Source of the DNA: Synechococcales cyanobacterium bin31.maxbin.ball.101
Lineage (GTDB): Bacteria; Cyanobacteriota; Cyanobacteriia; Leptolyngbyales; Leptolyngbyaceae
Assembly (NCBI GenBank): GCA_013298165.1
Contig: JAAFJU010000011.1
Coordinates: 980-64,979, forward strand
DNA: 64,000 nucleotides
Reading direction: 5' to 3'
The notes beneath the pieces are model-generated. The model did not search any database. It was not told the DNA's origin and saw only the letters and a list, made by a program, of their open reading frames with translations. Positions 18,668 to 28,896 of the stretch are shown here, piece after piece. Within the stretch, counting starts at the first letter, position 1; every line of letters begins with the position of its first letter. The position numbers and the translations under genes were made by a program.

Positions 18668-19068
18668 TTTGTGAAGACCTCCTGTTCTACGTCATAAATA
18701 ACAAGCTTTAGCTGATAACGCTGTACTGAAGCCGCTATAAATTTTCCTTGAAAAAATGTCTCGTAAGTAGGACTTCGTACTGCTAGATAGAGAATCCGAT
18801 CGGGTTCTTGTTCAGCCAGTGCATCCCGGTAATTGAGAAATTGCCCTAATGCCGTGTGAAACTCAGAGACATTAGAAGATGTAATAAAGCTTTTGACTTC
18901 AACTGCGATCTTTTGCCCTTCTCGTTCAGCCGCAAGAAGCCGATCGGCGGCAAGATCGACCTTAAATTTGAAATCACCTAAATCGATCTCATAGTACTCC
19001 GATGTAATCCTCCAACCCTCTTTTACAAGTGCCGTTCTGACGACATTATGAAACCGATCGTTTGCCAT
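18658..19068 (-). CDS. xisH: XisH-family protein
   Basis: MANDRFHNVVRTALVKEGWRIT...DLAADRLLAAEREGQKIAVEVKSF. It overlaps xisI by 10 nt. Confidence 0.85.
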   Translation of the reverse strand: MANDRFHNVVRTALVKEGWRITSEYYEIDLGDFKFKVDLAADRLLAAEREGQKIAVEVKSFITSSNVSEFHTALGQFLNYRDALAEQEPDRILYLAVRSPTYETFFQGKFIAASVQRYQLKLVIYDVEQEVFTKWL

Positions 19069-19127
19069 CTCAATTAGGGGACTCCAGTGTAGCAACACTC
19101 AATCATTAGTTTAAGCTAGAAACCCAA

Positions 19128-21635
19128 TCATTTTTCGTCGTCTGTTTTGATCGAAGTAGGTTCTACATAATCAGCGGGTTTTCGGGCAAAGCGGCGGAGG
19201 TAGGTTGAAAAGACGCCGTAGAGGAGGAGGGCCGCTAAGATGGTGCCTGGAATCACGGTTAACCAGTTTCCCCGGAGGGAGGCTAAGGTCCGATCGAAGC
19301 CGCTAGCATCTGTTACTTCTCGCTGCTGACGCGCGCGTTGCAAAAACTCCAATTGATAACTCTGCGGATCTTCAGGTAGCGGCGCTGGACGATTTGCCCT
19401 GACCAAAACTGTGTCATCGCGAAGTTGGAAAAATAAGTCATCCCGATCGAACACATCCCGCACTTGATTCAATCCCTCATCTCGCTGCGCCGTTAACGCC
19501 ACGAGCATCCGATCGGCATTCCAAGGCGACAGCACCGCCTTAATCACGCCCTGTTCATCGGGCAGCGCCTGGACCTGGGAGCCATCTCGCTTGCGGCCCA
19601 GCCAGTCCTGAAGCGAAAAGCCCGCCGACTCGTCCAATGCTTGCGGAACCGGGAACTGATCTTTGAGACCGATCGCCACCCAATGGTCATCTTGTTTGGT
19701 CTCGGGCAACCGATCCGATCGGTACACTTTCAGCTTGACCGCCTCCGATCGGCTCAAGCGTCCCATGCGTTCCGCCACCTTCAGCATCAAATTCACCGAG
19801 GGCAAACTGGGCTGCGGAGCTAGAGCGATCGACATCTTGGACAAATCCTGGGGAGCCGCAAAGGGATAGCCGTACTGCATCAGCCGCAAGTCCGGCAGCT
19901 TCACATACTGCCGTCGTTTTAGATCAAAATTGGATTCTTTATGTACCGTCGCCCAGAGCTGTTGGTCCGTGGCGCGGTTGCACGATCGGCGTTCACGGGG
20001 GTCCAATTGGAACCGGATTTGGAGCTTGGAGAAGGGCTTGATCCGATCGGCGGGTAACTCCAAGGACAACTGCTCCCGTACCGCGCCTTGATCGGAATCC
20101 AGACGTTTCCCAGTGATGGGGATGCCGTCGAGTTGGACTTCGGCGAGGGAGGTGAGGGGATTGACCTGGGCGCTGTAGCTGAATCTTAGATTCAACATGT
20201 TGCCCCGATCGAACTGATCATCGGGCAATGCCTTCAGGTCATATTCCACCACGGGAGAATCCGCGCCCCGCACCGTCACATCTTCAATGCGTTCGTTGTT
20301 GTAGTTCCGCAAATCCTGGAGCATGAACTGGTCTTTCACAGGCAAAAAGGCAGGCCAATCCCGCATTGCAGGCGTCGGCACCTCATCCACCTGACGCACA
20401 ATCAACGTCTGACCTGTGCCAATCTGCCGATCGCGGGCCTGCACCAAAAACTGCACGGCTTTTGCCACGCCTTCATCCCCATTCCCCGTGGCCACTAGCA
20501 CCAAGCCATCGCCGCTGTTACTGCTGTTGGCCAAGGTCAAAACACCGACATCGTTAGGCAGCGGTTTACCTTGCTCATCTAAAACTTGACCGTCTTTGAT
20601 GCCGATCGCCAGTTTGAGTTTTGACAGTTCGGGTTGATTTTTGGGGGTGCCGACGACGACGAGCCGTTCCGGGGTTTTCTGTTCGTTGGGGGACTTGATC
20701 AGGCGGACTTCGATCGGACGAAACTGCGCCAGACGACCTAGAGATGATTGAAGACGGGCGATCGCGGTGAGCCAGGTTTCATTCATCTCTCCTGGGAGTA
20801 AATAGGCGAGGCGGTTTGGTTCTAGGCTTAAGGAATCAAACAGCGGGTAGGGATAACGGCTAAAGTCCAAGGCCACAGGCTGCGGGGCAAAATCAAACAC
20901 CATCTTGGAATCCGGCATTACTTCCGTCCAAAGCGACGGGTCAAAGGGATCTTGCGTACAAGTTGGCGAGTTGTTTTGCAAAGCGGCGATCACCACTTCG
21001 TTATAGTCCTGAATCGCCGCTGCCGGGATTTCAAATACCCCGCTGCCAATGTCGTCTTTTTTCCGGTTGAGGGGGACGCTGCCGATGCTGCTGCCGTTGA
21101 GGAGGACCGTCAGGTTCGATCGGGTGGCATAGAGTGCAGGGGAATGGCGATAGCGCAGGAGCATTTTTGCGCCCTTGGCTTGCCAATTGCGAGGTCGTGT
21201 GAATTGAATGCGGGCTTCGTCATAAATGCCATTCAGCCGCAGACGGTAGCCCACCACGGGACTGCGATTAAATTCCAAGACATATTGCCCTGGGGTCAAG
21301 GGTTTGACATAGGGTGTGGGGTCTTTGGGCGAAAGTCCTTCGGCTCCAGGCTGTGCGGGATCTCGGTCTAATGCTTTGGGCGTGGGCGCTTTGGGGGCGA
21401 CGCTGGCCGGGGTGACGGGCATGGCCGAGGTGGGGGCCTCGGGAGAGGCCCCGGAATTCGGGCTTTCTTGAGTACTTTCCTGAGCGATCGTCATTTCGAT
21501 CGGTTTTGCCGATGCCTGTGCTTTTTTTACCTGGCGGTCAAAATGAGGTGACGAACTCCAAATTGACACAAAAAACACACTCAAAACAAGTCTGTGTAAC
21601 GACTTATTTCGTATCCATCTTTCCCATAAAATCAT
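19128..21635 (-). CDS. BcsB-like cellulose-synthase regulatory subunit family protein
   Basis: 835 aa with a signal/TM segment at the N-terminus and a TM segment at the C-terminus. Two modules have the form ...LLRYRHSPALYATRSNLTVLLNGSSIGSVPL and ...LNLRFSYSAQVNPLTSLAEVQLDGIPI, as in BcsB. There is no bcsA in the window. Confidence 0.65.
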   Translation of the reverse strand: MILWERWIRNKSLHRLVLSVFFVSIWSSSPHFDRQVKKAQASAKPIEMTIAQESTQESPNSGASPEAPTSAMPVTPASVAPKAPTPKALDRDPAQPGAEGLSPKDPTPYVKPLTPGQYVLEFNRSPVVGYRLRLNGIYDEARIQFTRPRNWQAKGAKMLLRYRHSPALYATRSNLTVLLNGSSIGSVPLNRKKDDIGSGVFEIPAAAIQDYNEVVIAALQNNSPTCTQDPFDPSLWTEVMPDSKMVFDFAPQPVALDFSRYPYPLFDSLSLEPNRLAYLLPGEMNETWLTAIARLQSSLGRLAQFRPIEVRLIKSPNEQKTPERLVVVGTPKNQPELSKLKLAIGIKDGQVLDEQGKPLPNDVGVLTLANSSNSGDGLVLVATGNGDEGVAKAVQFLVQARDRQIGTGQTLIVRQVDEVPTPAMRDWPAFLPVKDQFMLQDLRNYNNERIEDVTVRGADSPVVEYDLKALPDDQFDRGNMLNLRFSYSAQVNPLTSLAEVQLDGIPITGKRLDSDQGAVREQLSLELPADRIKPFSKLQIRFQLDPRERRSCNRATDQQLWATVHKESNFDLKRRQYVKLPDLRLMQYGYPFAAPQDLSKMSIALAPQPSLPSVNLMLKVAERMGRLSRSEAVKLKVYRSDRLPETKQDDHWVAIGLKDQFPVPQALDESAGFSLQDWLGRKRDGSQVQALPDEQGVIKAVLSPWNADRMLVALTAQRDEGLNQVRDVFDRDDLFFQLRDDTVLVRANRPAPLPEDPQSYQLEFLQRARQQREVTDASGFDRTLASLRGNWLTVIPGTILAALLLYGVFSTYLRRFARKPADYVEPTSIKTDDEK

Positions 21636-21868
21636 AGCGGCATCCCTGTGATCGAATCTCAGTCATTCATCCCTCTCACAGTACAAAGGAATGAGCTAAA
21701 TCATTATAAAAACGCCACAATTAATTTAATTAAGGTTACTAACAAAAAATGACTAACTTATTCTAGAGTAGATGTAAAAATATTCAAAACCCTTCAAAAC
21801 TCGTTGTGCTGCATATTTTAGTTACAAAGCTAAATCTTTTTTCAATAAAACCTAATCTTTAAGCCCTC

Positions 21869-23815
21869 ATGTCTCACAGTACTGTAGACGGAAGACCTTC
21901 AGTGGATGCGATGATCCAGGACAACCCCCTCGTGTTGCCCTCTCATACGCAGGCACTCTACGCGGTCCAGCAGATGAGTCAGTCCCGAATGAGTTGTATC
22001 ATTGTTGCTGATGGGTCGCCGGACGATCGTAAAGTGGTCGGCATTTTCACAGAGCGTGATTTGGTTCGTGCCAGCGCTCGGGCTAGGCATCTAAATTCAT
22101 TGAAGCTGTCGGATTTGATGACAACGCCCGTGATCACTCAGGTTCGGGAGCATATTACCGATCTCTTTGATCTCCTGCAAAGCTTTCGTCAACATGGTAT
22201 CCGTCACTTACCGATCGTTTCCCTCACAGGCCAACCCGTCGGCATTGTCAGTCAAGAAAGCCTCCGCCAAGCGCTGCGACCGGGCGATCTGCTGAGGCTT
22301 CGTCGGGTGGATGAAGTGATGACGAAACAGGTAATTCAGGCGCAGCCTCAGGATTCGATCCAAAAGGTGGCGTTCCAGATGGCTCATCATAAGGTGAGCT
22401 GTCTCGTGGTGACGGAAGACGATCGGCCCGTGGGCATCATCACGGAACGGGACTTGGTTCAGTTTCAGGCATTGCAGATGGATCTGGAAACAACCCCAGC
22501 GAAAACGGTGATGAGTGCGCCGCTCTATCCCATCCTGCTGAATGACAGTCTCTGGAAGGCCAATGAAACCATGCGCGGTCTGCGAGTGAGGCGTCTGGTC
22601 GTGACGCATCCTTCCGGTGCTCTGGCGGGCATCATCACCCAGACCGATGTTGTCCAAACGCTGGATCCTGTCGAGATGTTTGCGGTGGTGGAGACGCTGC
22701 AACGGACGGTGGAGGAGCGAACCTCTGCACTGGCCCAGGAAATCAACGATCGCAAAGCCATTGAAGAAAAACTCCAGCGGGCGTTGTTCGCGGCCAATGT
22801 TGCGAACCAGTCTAAAAATGAATTTTTGGCTCATATGAGTCATGAGTTGCGGACGCCGCTAACGGCCATCCTCGGTTTTACAGAACTCCTCTCCACCGAT
22901 CTGACCTTGGGGGATGATAACTGTCGCTATCTCGATACGATTAATCGCAGTGGAAAATACCTGTTGAGTTTGATTAATGATCTCTTAGATATGGCGAAGC
23001 TCGAATCTGGGAATCTGCAACTGCGCCAAGGGAACTGTAATCTCGACGCTTTGATCTTGGATCTAGACCGCCTATTCCGTCACCGATCGCAATTAAAAAG
23101 TCTCACGTTTCAATTAAATCGATCGCCTGACTTGCCGCACTCGATCGTCACCGATGAGAAAAAACTCCGTCAAATTCTGATCAATCTAATTGGTAATGCC
23201 ATTAAGTTTACGGACCATGGATCAGTCACCGTTAGTATTCAGTCTCAGAGTTTAGAGGAAGGCTCTAAATTGGTGTTTCAGATTGAAGATACGGGCGTCG
23301 GGATTCCGACGGAGCATCGATCGGCGGTCTTTACGCCCTTTTTTCAGGTGACGACTCCTGGACGACTGCCTGAAGGCAATGGCCTAGGACTCGCCATCAG
23401 TCAACAGCTCGCCCAAAATCTTGGGGGTGTCATCAGCCTCGATTCGTCTCAAAGTGTGGGTTGCACCTTTAGGCTTGAGATTCCGTTAGGTCCGTCACAG
23501 CCCCATCGATCGCCGCCCACGGGATTGTCCTGGTTTAAGCAATTGCGTCAAGCGGCGTTGATGCTGAACCATGCGGACTGCCAAACCATTTTACAAGAAG
23601 CGCCTCGGGCTTTTCTGCCTCAGGATGTTTCTGCTTTGACGAATTTATTCCAAGTCAGTCTCGATCGATTTGATTTTGAAGGCATTGTTCAAATGGTCGA
23701 TCGTCAAATTGTCGATTATCAAATTTTCGATCGTCAGCTTGACGATGAGAACGCTCCTGTTCAAGGCTCTGCCCCGCTGATGAATCAGCGCAATCCTCTG
23801 CTCAATTCTCTATAA
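21869..23815 (+). CDS. Sensor histidine kinase with four CBS domains
   Basis: Repeated GI(F/I)TERDLV CBS signatures are followed by a coiled coil, the H-box HMSHELRTPLT and the HATPase N/G boxes (LINLIGNAIKFT, DTGVGI, GLGLAIS). Confidence 0.9.
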   Translation: MSHSTVDGRPSVDAMIQDNPLVLPSHTQALYAVQQMSQSRMSCIIVADGSPDDRKVVGIFTERDLVRASARARHLNSLKLSDLMTTPVITQVREHITDLFDLLQSFRQHGIRHLPIVSLTGQPVGIVSQESLRQALRPGDLLRLRRVDEVMTKQVIQAQPQDSIQKVAFQMAHHKVSCLVVTEDDRPVGIITERDLVQFQALQMDLETTPAKTVMSAPLYPILLNDSLWKANETMRGLRVRRLVVTHPSGALAGIITQTDVVQTLDPVEMFAVVETLQRTVEERTSALAQEINDRKAIEEKLQRALFAANVANQSKNEFLAHMSHELRTPLTAILGFTELLSTDLTLGDDNCRYLDTINRSGKYLLSLINDLLDMAKLESGNLQLRQGNCNLDALILDLDRLFRHRSQLKSLTFQLNRSPDLPHSIVTDEKKLRQILINLIGNAIKFTDHGSVTVSIQSQSLEEGSKLVFQIEDTGVGIPTEHRSAVFTPFFQVTTPGRLPEGNGLGLAISQQLAQNLGGVISLDSSQSVGCTFRLEIPLGPSQPHRSPPTGLSWFKQLRQAALMLNHADCQTILQEAPRAFLPQDVSALTNLFQVSLDRFDFEGIVQMVDRQIVDYQIFDRQLDDENAPVQGSAPLMNQRNPLLNSL

Positions 23816-23880
23816 GGTGCTCTCGTTTATGATAAAAATACACATCAGCGCTGTTAATTGCGCTGAAGGCAGCGATCGCT

Positions 23881-25755
23881 ATGATAATGACCCACCCTCC
23901 TGAAATTATCCAAACCCTCGATAGCCTGATCGATCGACAGCCTTTGCTCCTGCCTGCCCACACCTCCCTTCTGGATGCAATCCAAGCCATGCAGCGGCGT
24001 CAGACGAGTTGTATCCTGATTTCTGCTGCTTCTGAGCGATCTGATTGTGGAACGATCGATGGCATTTTTACAGAGCGAAATGCGGTTCAAGCGAGTGCCC
24101 AGGGTCTTGACTTAAGTAAGACCAAACTGATTGATGTCATGACGACGCCTGTGATTACCCACAACGCTGCTCACATTCCTGACATTTTTGCGATTCTCAA
24201 AATCTTCAAGCAGAAGCATATTCGTCATCTTCCCGTCTTTCATCCCGATGGCTATTTCCTAGGTCTGATTAGCCATGACAGTATTCGTCACTCCCTCCGC
24301 CCCAGTGACCTGTTGCGTCGTCGTCGAGTGGAAGAAGTGATGGTGGCAAAGGTGATTCAAGCAGAACCCAGCGTGCCTGTCTCGGAAATCATTGCGCTGA
24401 TGGCCCGTCATCGTCTGAGCTGTATTGTTTTAACGGAACGGGGACAGCAGCCTAGGGGTATTTTGACTGAGCGGGATGTCGTGAAGTTTCAATCCCATCA
24501 ACTGGATCTGTCCCAAACGATCGCCCGTGATGTCATGAGTCATCCGCTTCAGCCCATTGCATTAGATGAGAGCCTTTGGAATGCTAAGGAAAAAATGGAA
24601 GCCCTGCATGTCCGTCGGCTGGTGGTGGTGAATGAGGCGGGTCAATTGGCCGGGATCATTACCCAGAGCAGCATTCTCAATGTTCTTGATCCGATCGAAC
24701 TCGCCGAAAACTTAGAAACCCTGCAACATCTCGTAGAAGTCCGCACTGCATCACTGACCCAAGAAATTAAACATCACCAAGCCACGACCCAGCAGCTTGA
24801 AAAGGCGCTGACGGATTTGCAGATTGCCAGTGCCAGCAACACCGCAAAAAATGAATTCCTTTCCCATCTCAGCCATGAACTCCGCACTCCTCTGACTTCG
24901 ATTTTGGGCTTTACGGAGTTGCTCTCGACCGACTTGACCTTGACGCAGGATAATCGCAACAGTTTGGAGATTATCAATCGCAATAGTAAAGATCTGCTGC
25001 GCCTCATCAACAATCTCCTAGAACTCTCAAAAATTGAATCCGGCTATCTCCAACTCAATTGCACGACCTGCGATCTCTGGAGTCTTCTACAGGACATGGA
25101 AGGTCTCTTTCGACTCCGAAGTCGCGCCAAACAATTGACCTTTACGCTGGACCGATCGCCCGAAATCCCCCGCCATATCACCACCGATGAGAAAAAACTC
25201 CGTCAAGTTCTGATTAATCTCATCAGTAATGCGATTCAGTTTACTCATAGTGGCGAGGTTAAACTGATGGCCCAGATGCATGATGGAGAGCTATCTTTTC
25301 AGATCTCAGATACGGGACCCGGTATCCCTGAATCCAATCAGGCCAAGCTCTTTAAGCCTTTTGCGATCGCCTCTAGTCCAGAACAAATCTACAGTGGTCT
25401 GGGCAGCGGCACGGGGATTGGTCTTGCGATTAGTCAGCAGCTCACTGAGGTCTTGGGAGGCAAACTGCGCCTAATCTCTAGCAGCAATGAGGGCAGCACT
25501 TTCGAATTGCGATTGCCCGACAGTACGATTACGAATCCAGTCGTCTCTCCACATAGGGTATTTAATGAGCGAATCTGGTTGACGCATCTTCAGCAAGCCG
25601 CAACTCAGCTCAACTCCTATGGCTGTCGCCAACTGCTTTTAGAACCGCCCCGATCGCTCGATGGGGATTTCCTGGACGGTTTATTCACCAGGATCGAGCG
25701 ATTTGATTTCGATCGGGTTGTGATGCTGGTTGAAGAGAAGCTCTCTTCTCTCTAG
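23881..25755 (+). CDS. Sensor histidine kinase with four CBS domains (paralog of the upstream gene)
   Basis: It has the same architecture as the upstream gene: HLSHELRTPLT, LINLISNAIQFT, DTGPGI, GIGLAIS. Confidence 0.9.
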   Translation: MIMTHPPEIIQTLDSLIDRQPLLLPAHTSLLDAIQAMQRRQTSCILISAASERSDCGTIDGIFTERNAVQASAQGLDLSKTKLIDVMTTPVITHNAAHIPDIFAILKIFKQKHIRHLPVFHPDGYFLGLISHDSIRHSLRPSDLLRRRRVEEVMVAKVIQAEPSVPVSEIIALMARHRLSCIVLTERGQQPRGILTERDVVKFQSHQLDLSQTIARDVMSHPLQPIALDESLWNAKEKMEALHVRRLVVVNEAGQLAGIITQSSILNVLDPIELAENLETLQHLVEVRTASLTQEIKHHQATTQQLEKALTDLQIASASNTAKNEFLSHLSHELRTPLTSILGFTELLSTDLTLTQDNRNSLEIINRNSKDLLRLINNLLELSKIESGYLQLNCTTCDLWSLLQDMEGLFRLRSRAKQLTFTLDRSPEIPRHITTDEKKLRQVLINLISNAIQFTHSGEVKLMAQMHDGELSFQISDTGPGIPESNQAKLFKPFAIASSPEQIYSGLGSGTGIGLAISQQLTEVLGGKLRLISSSNEGSTFELRLPDSTITNPVVSPHRVFNERIWLTHLQQAATQLNSYGCRQLLLEPPRSLDGDFLDGLFTRIERFDFDRVVMLVEEKLSSL

Positions 25756-25775
25756 ACAGCGCACTAGATGACAGC

Positions 25776-26288
25776 CTAGAAGCGTAGTCCGACACCGCCC
25801 TGCAATGAAGCTGCTGTGCCGCGAGTGTCCTTATAAGCATCAAAGGAAATCACAGCATTGCCGAAGACGACCATATTGCTATTAGGCAAAGAATAATCGA
25901 CACCCGGTTGGATGGCAAAGCCTGTTTTGTCGCCGACGGGGGTGTTACCGCTGACGGGAATCGCCGCTCCGACACCGATGTAGGCATCGGTTTGCCAGTT
26001 GATGGGAATATCGTAGGAAACGGTGGGGACGAGGGCGACGCCGCTCCCCAGGAAGACTTGACCGCGCAAGGAGATGGGTGCTTCTAAGAACTTGTAGCGG
26101 CCCGATACGACGCCTGAAATTTTTCGACCTTCGCCGCCGCCTTCCGTCAGACCGATCGCAGGGCCGATCCCGATGTAGCTTCCGTAGGCAGCTTGGGCTT
26201 TAACCGGAGAGACCGCAGCCATCTGTAGGGCGATCGCCGCCACTCCACTCGCCAATCCCAAACCTGTGTGACGCACGAGCCGTTTCAT
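25776..26288 (-). CDS. Small outer-membrane beta-barrel protein
   Basis: It has a signal peptide ending AVSPVKA/QA, alternating Gly/aromatic beta-strand patterns and a C-terminal Phe (GVGLRF). Confidence 0.6.
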   Translation of the reverse strand: MKRLVRHTGLGLASGVAAIALQMAAVSPVKAQAAYGSYIGIGPAIGLTEGGGEGRKISGVVSGRYKFLEAPISLRGQVFLGSGVALVPTVSYDIPINWQTDAYIGVGAAIPVSGNTPVGDKTGFAIQPGVDYSLPNSNMVVFGNAVISFDAYKDTRGTAASLQGGVGLRF

Positions 26289-26442
26289 GGATTACTCCTC
26301 AAAGATGATAAAAATCGATCGATATCTATAAATCGCTCAACTTTAATAATACCCAAGAAACTTAAAATGGATTTGCTTTCACCTGCTTTCAGGCGGCAAT
26401 AAGTGGGTTGAGGGTAGAAAAATCTATCTTGAGGATTAGGGT

Positions 26443-27579
26443 TTAGCCGCCGATCGGGCTGGATTTAGGGCTGGGGTTTTGATTGGGGGTTGGGCTTGGG
26501 GAGGGTTCAGGCGTTTTGCCTGTGGTGACTTCCTTGGCGGTGACGACCTCGGGTAGGGTGCCGATGGACCAGAGGGCGGCTGCGGCTTCGGCGCGGGTGA
26601 CGTTGCGTTGAGGCTGTAAGAGTTTGGTATAGCCAAAGGAGCGTCGGACGTTAGATTGGTCGTTGTTTTGGAGGTCGAGGGCGATCGCTCGGAGGCTGTC
26701 GGGATGGTTGATTTTGCTGCTGTCTTGGAAGGGGATTGTTTTTTGGAGGGTTTCAATTGAGCCTGGGGTTTGGGGCGATCGGATGTCTAGGGGGACTTTC
26801 CAACGCAGGAGGTCTTCGCGCTTGAGGGGATCTGTGGGGCGAAATTTTTCAGTTTTGTCGTCGCCAGAGAGTTGGCTGGGGAGGATTCCAGCTTCGGCTA
26901 AACTCTGCAAAACGATAAAATCTGGGTCCGTGCTGGGAATGTCTGAGAAGGCAAGGGTGTTGCTGCTTCGATTTCCTGAGGTTTCAGCAGAGACGGCGGT
27001 TTCGTTCCCGCTCACAATGCGAATTTGTCGGGTGAGGCGAGATTTGTAGTAGTGGTTGTTGATTAGGAGCAGCCATTTTGCAAATTCTCGACGGGTGATG
27101 GGGGCGTTGAGTTGGTCGATGGTTTTACGATCGGTGTTTTTGTCGTCGGGGAGGAGGAGATTGAGGGCGAGAACGTCTTCTACGTAGGGCTTGAGCTGTG
27201 AGGGAAGTTTGTCTCGATCTTTCCAATCGGTGGGTGTGGGTTCAGGTTTTGGGGTGGGTTCAGGCGATCGGGCGATCGGTGTTTCGGGTTTTGCTTCGGG
27301 TTGGGGGGATGTTTGGGGTGTGGTTAGGCGAGGGTCTGGTTTTAATGCGTTTTCGGCAGCTTGATTTCCGGCGCAGCTTGAGAGGGCGAGCGTTAAGAGG
27401 ATGGCAGTGAAGGCGATCGGGCTTCGGCTCCGCTCAGCCCTCGTCTCGGGGGCTAGTGGGATTGGGCTTTGACTCTGCTCAGGTCTCGACTCGGAAGCTA
27501 GTGGGCTGAGCGGAGTCGAAGCCCACGGCATGGGGCCAAGATGAGACGAATATTTTCTAAAGTACGATCGCATAGCCAC
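26443..27579 (-). CDS. Lipoprotein with a Pro-rich linker and SLH-like domains
   Basis: The lipobox is LALSSC. A PEP/TP-rich linker follows. ITRREFAKWLL and VTRAEAAAALW resemble SLH motifs. The N-terminal 60 aa are partly encoded by a repeat element. Confidence 0.6.
   Translation of the reverse strand: MAMRSYFRKYSSHLGPMPWASTPLSPLASESRPEQSQSPIPLAPETRAERSRSPIAFTAILLTLALSSCAGNQAAENALKPDPRLTTPQTSPQPEAKPETPIARSPEPTPKPEPTPTDWKDRDKLPSQLKPYVEDVLALNLLLPDDKNTDRKTIDQLNAPITRREFAKWLLLINNHYYKSRLTRQIRIVSGNETAVSAETSGNRSSNTLAFSDIPSTDPDFIVLQSLAEAGILPSQLSGDDKTEKFRPTDPLKREDLLRWKVPLDIRSPQTPGSIETLQKTIPFQDSSKINHPDSLRAIALDLQNNDQSNVRRSFGYTKLLQPQRNVTRAEAAAALWSIGTLPEVVTAKEVTTGKTPEPSPSPTPNQNPSPKSSPIGG
27420..27524. repeat. 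105-bp element with about 21-bp terminal inverted repeats (GGCTTCGGCTCCGCTCAGCCC / GGGCTGAGCGGAGTCGAAGCCC)
   Basis: The inverted termini were read directly from the sequence. GAGCGGAGTCGAAG units recur at 56227-56375. Confidence 0.6.
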
Positions 27580-27664
27580 AGGCGAAAAACTCTGTTGAGG
27601 ATATTAACTTTCAGTGTATCGGTTGAGGTTGGCGATCGGGTCTTTCCTAAGAAGGTTTTTGGTC

Positions 27665-28051
27665 TCAAACTTCGACTTTGTAGCTCAGGGTATGTTCATC
27701 ACCGGGTAATCCTCGAAAGCCCCAGTCGTTTTTAGGGAGTTCGTGGATAGTGATTTCAAGGTCATTCGGTTCAATGCCTAAGGCAGAGGCCCGATCGAAT
27801 AGCAGGCGCATGAATTGTTTTTTCGCTTCTACGCTGCGTCCGACGAACATCGTCAGTTCGACGATCGTGTAGCGATTGGAGCGATCGTTGGAGTAGATAA
27901 AATCTTCGGGCAACATCGGGAAAAATCGTTGAAATCGCTTGTCCGCCGGATATTGAAAGGCATCCATCATGCAGGAATGAATCACGTCCGAGAGCTGTGA
28001 TTTGATGGGGTTGAGCTGGGCTTGGAGACCGTAGACTTTGATCATGGGCAT
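27665..28051 (-). CDS. Tautomerase-superfamily protein
   Basis: The start MPMIKVYG... places Pro at position 2. The length is about 128 aa, as in long tautomerase-family proteins. The longer track ORF adds a low-complexity leader. Confidence 0.65.
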   Translation of the reverse strand: MPMIKVYGLQAQLNPIKSQLSDVIHSCMMDAFQYPADKRFQRFFPMLPEDFIYSNDRSNRYTIVELTMFVGRSVEAKKQFMRLLFDRASALGIEPNDLEITIHELPKNDWGFRGLPGDEHTLSYKVEV

Positions 28052-28199
28052 GGGGCGGTGATGGGGTGGGGGAGTGATGGGGTGATTGGATTTTAGGCTA
28101 TTGCGGCGGGAATCTACACTTTTGTCCTGACCCATTGCGGTGGCTCCCGCGCTAATCTAGTTAAGGCGCTTGATTGAAAATTTCTAAAACCGATCGGAG

Positions 28200-28865
28200 A
28201 TGTTTCCCATGAATTTTGCACCCACTACTGAGGCGATCGCACTGTTTCGTGCTGCCTACGAAAACCGCTACACCTGGGATTCCAGTTTCCCTGGCTACAC
28301 TGCTGATGTGACCTACCGCTGTGCGGGCACGGAGTTTCACGGGAAAGCGGTGGTTTCTCCTGATCCTCGCATGGGCTATAAGGGCGAAGTCACTGAAATC
28401 GCTGACGAAGAAGTCTTGAAAGCCGTCATGGGTCAACTGTGGGAAACAGCTATCCACCGCGTGCGTCGTCCCTTTGAAAAGACCCATGCGGGCAATGTCT
28501 TTAGTTTTGGGGAAACGGATGAGAATGGTGCGATCGAGGTGATGCTGGAAGGCAAGCGCGATCACTACAAAGTGAAGGACAACGAAATCGTTCTGGTATA
28601 TCGCAACATCCACGGCCAATTCGTCAAGATCAACACCTTCTCCAGCCACCAAATGCCCGATGGCTACCTGTCCCACAAGTATGACTCGGTCTACAGTGAT
28701 CCCGAGACTGGAGAGCAAAAGGGTGAGAAACAGGACTTTGAAGATATCTACAGCGATGTCGGCGGCTACCAAGTCTTGACTCGTCGCACGATCGCCACCC
28801 TAGACGAAAACAAACAGCCCGTCACCATGGACTTTGAATTCACCAACGTCCAGTTGTTGAAATAG
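28200..28865 (+). CDS. DUF3386-like conserved cyanobacterial protein
   Basis: LFRAAYENRYTWDSSFPGYTADV is the N-terminal signature I recall for DUF3386. Confidence 0.6.
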   Translation: MFPMNFAPTTEAIALFRAAYENRYTWDSSFPGYTADVTYRCAGTEFHGKAVVSPDPRMGYKGEVTEIADEEVLKAVMGQLWETAIHRVRRPFEKTHAGNVFSFGETDENGAIEVMLEGKRDHYKVKDNEIVLVYRNIHGQFVKINTFSSHQMPDGYLSHKYDSVYSDPETGEQKGEKQDFEDIYSDVGGYQVLTRRTIATLDENKQPVTMDFEFTNVQLLK

Positions 28866-28896
28866 AGATTCCGGTTTCCAATTAAAATAAGGTCCC

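Noticed and set aside
28161-28772. A 203-aa minus-strand ORF.
   Set aside because: It is antisense to the DUF3386-like gene. The translation is low-information and hydrophobic. It is a shadow ORF.
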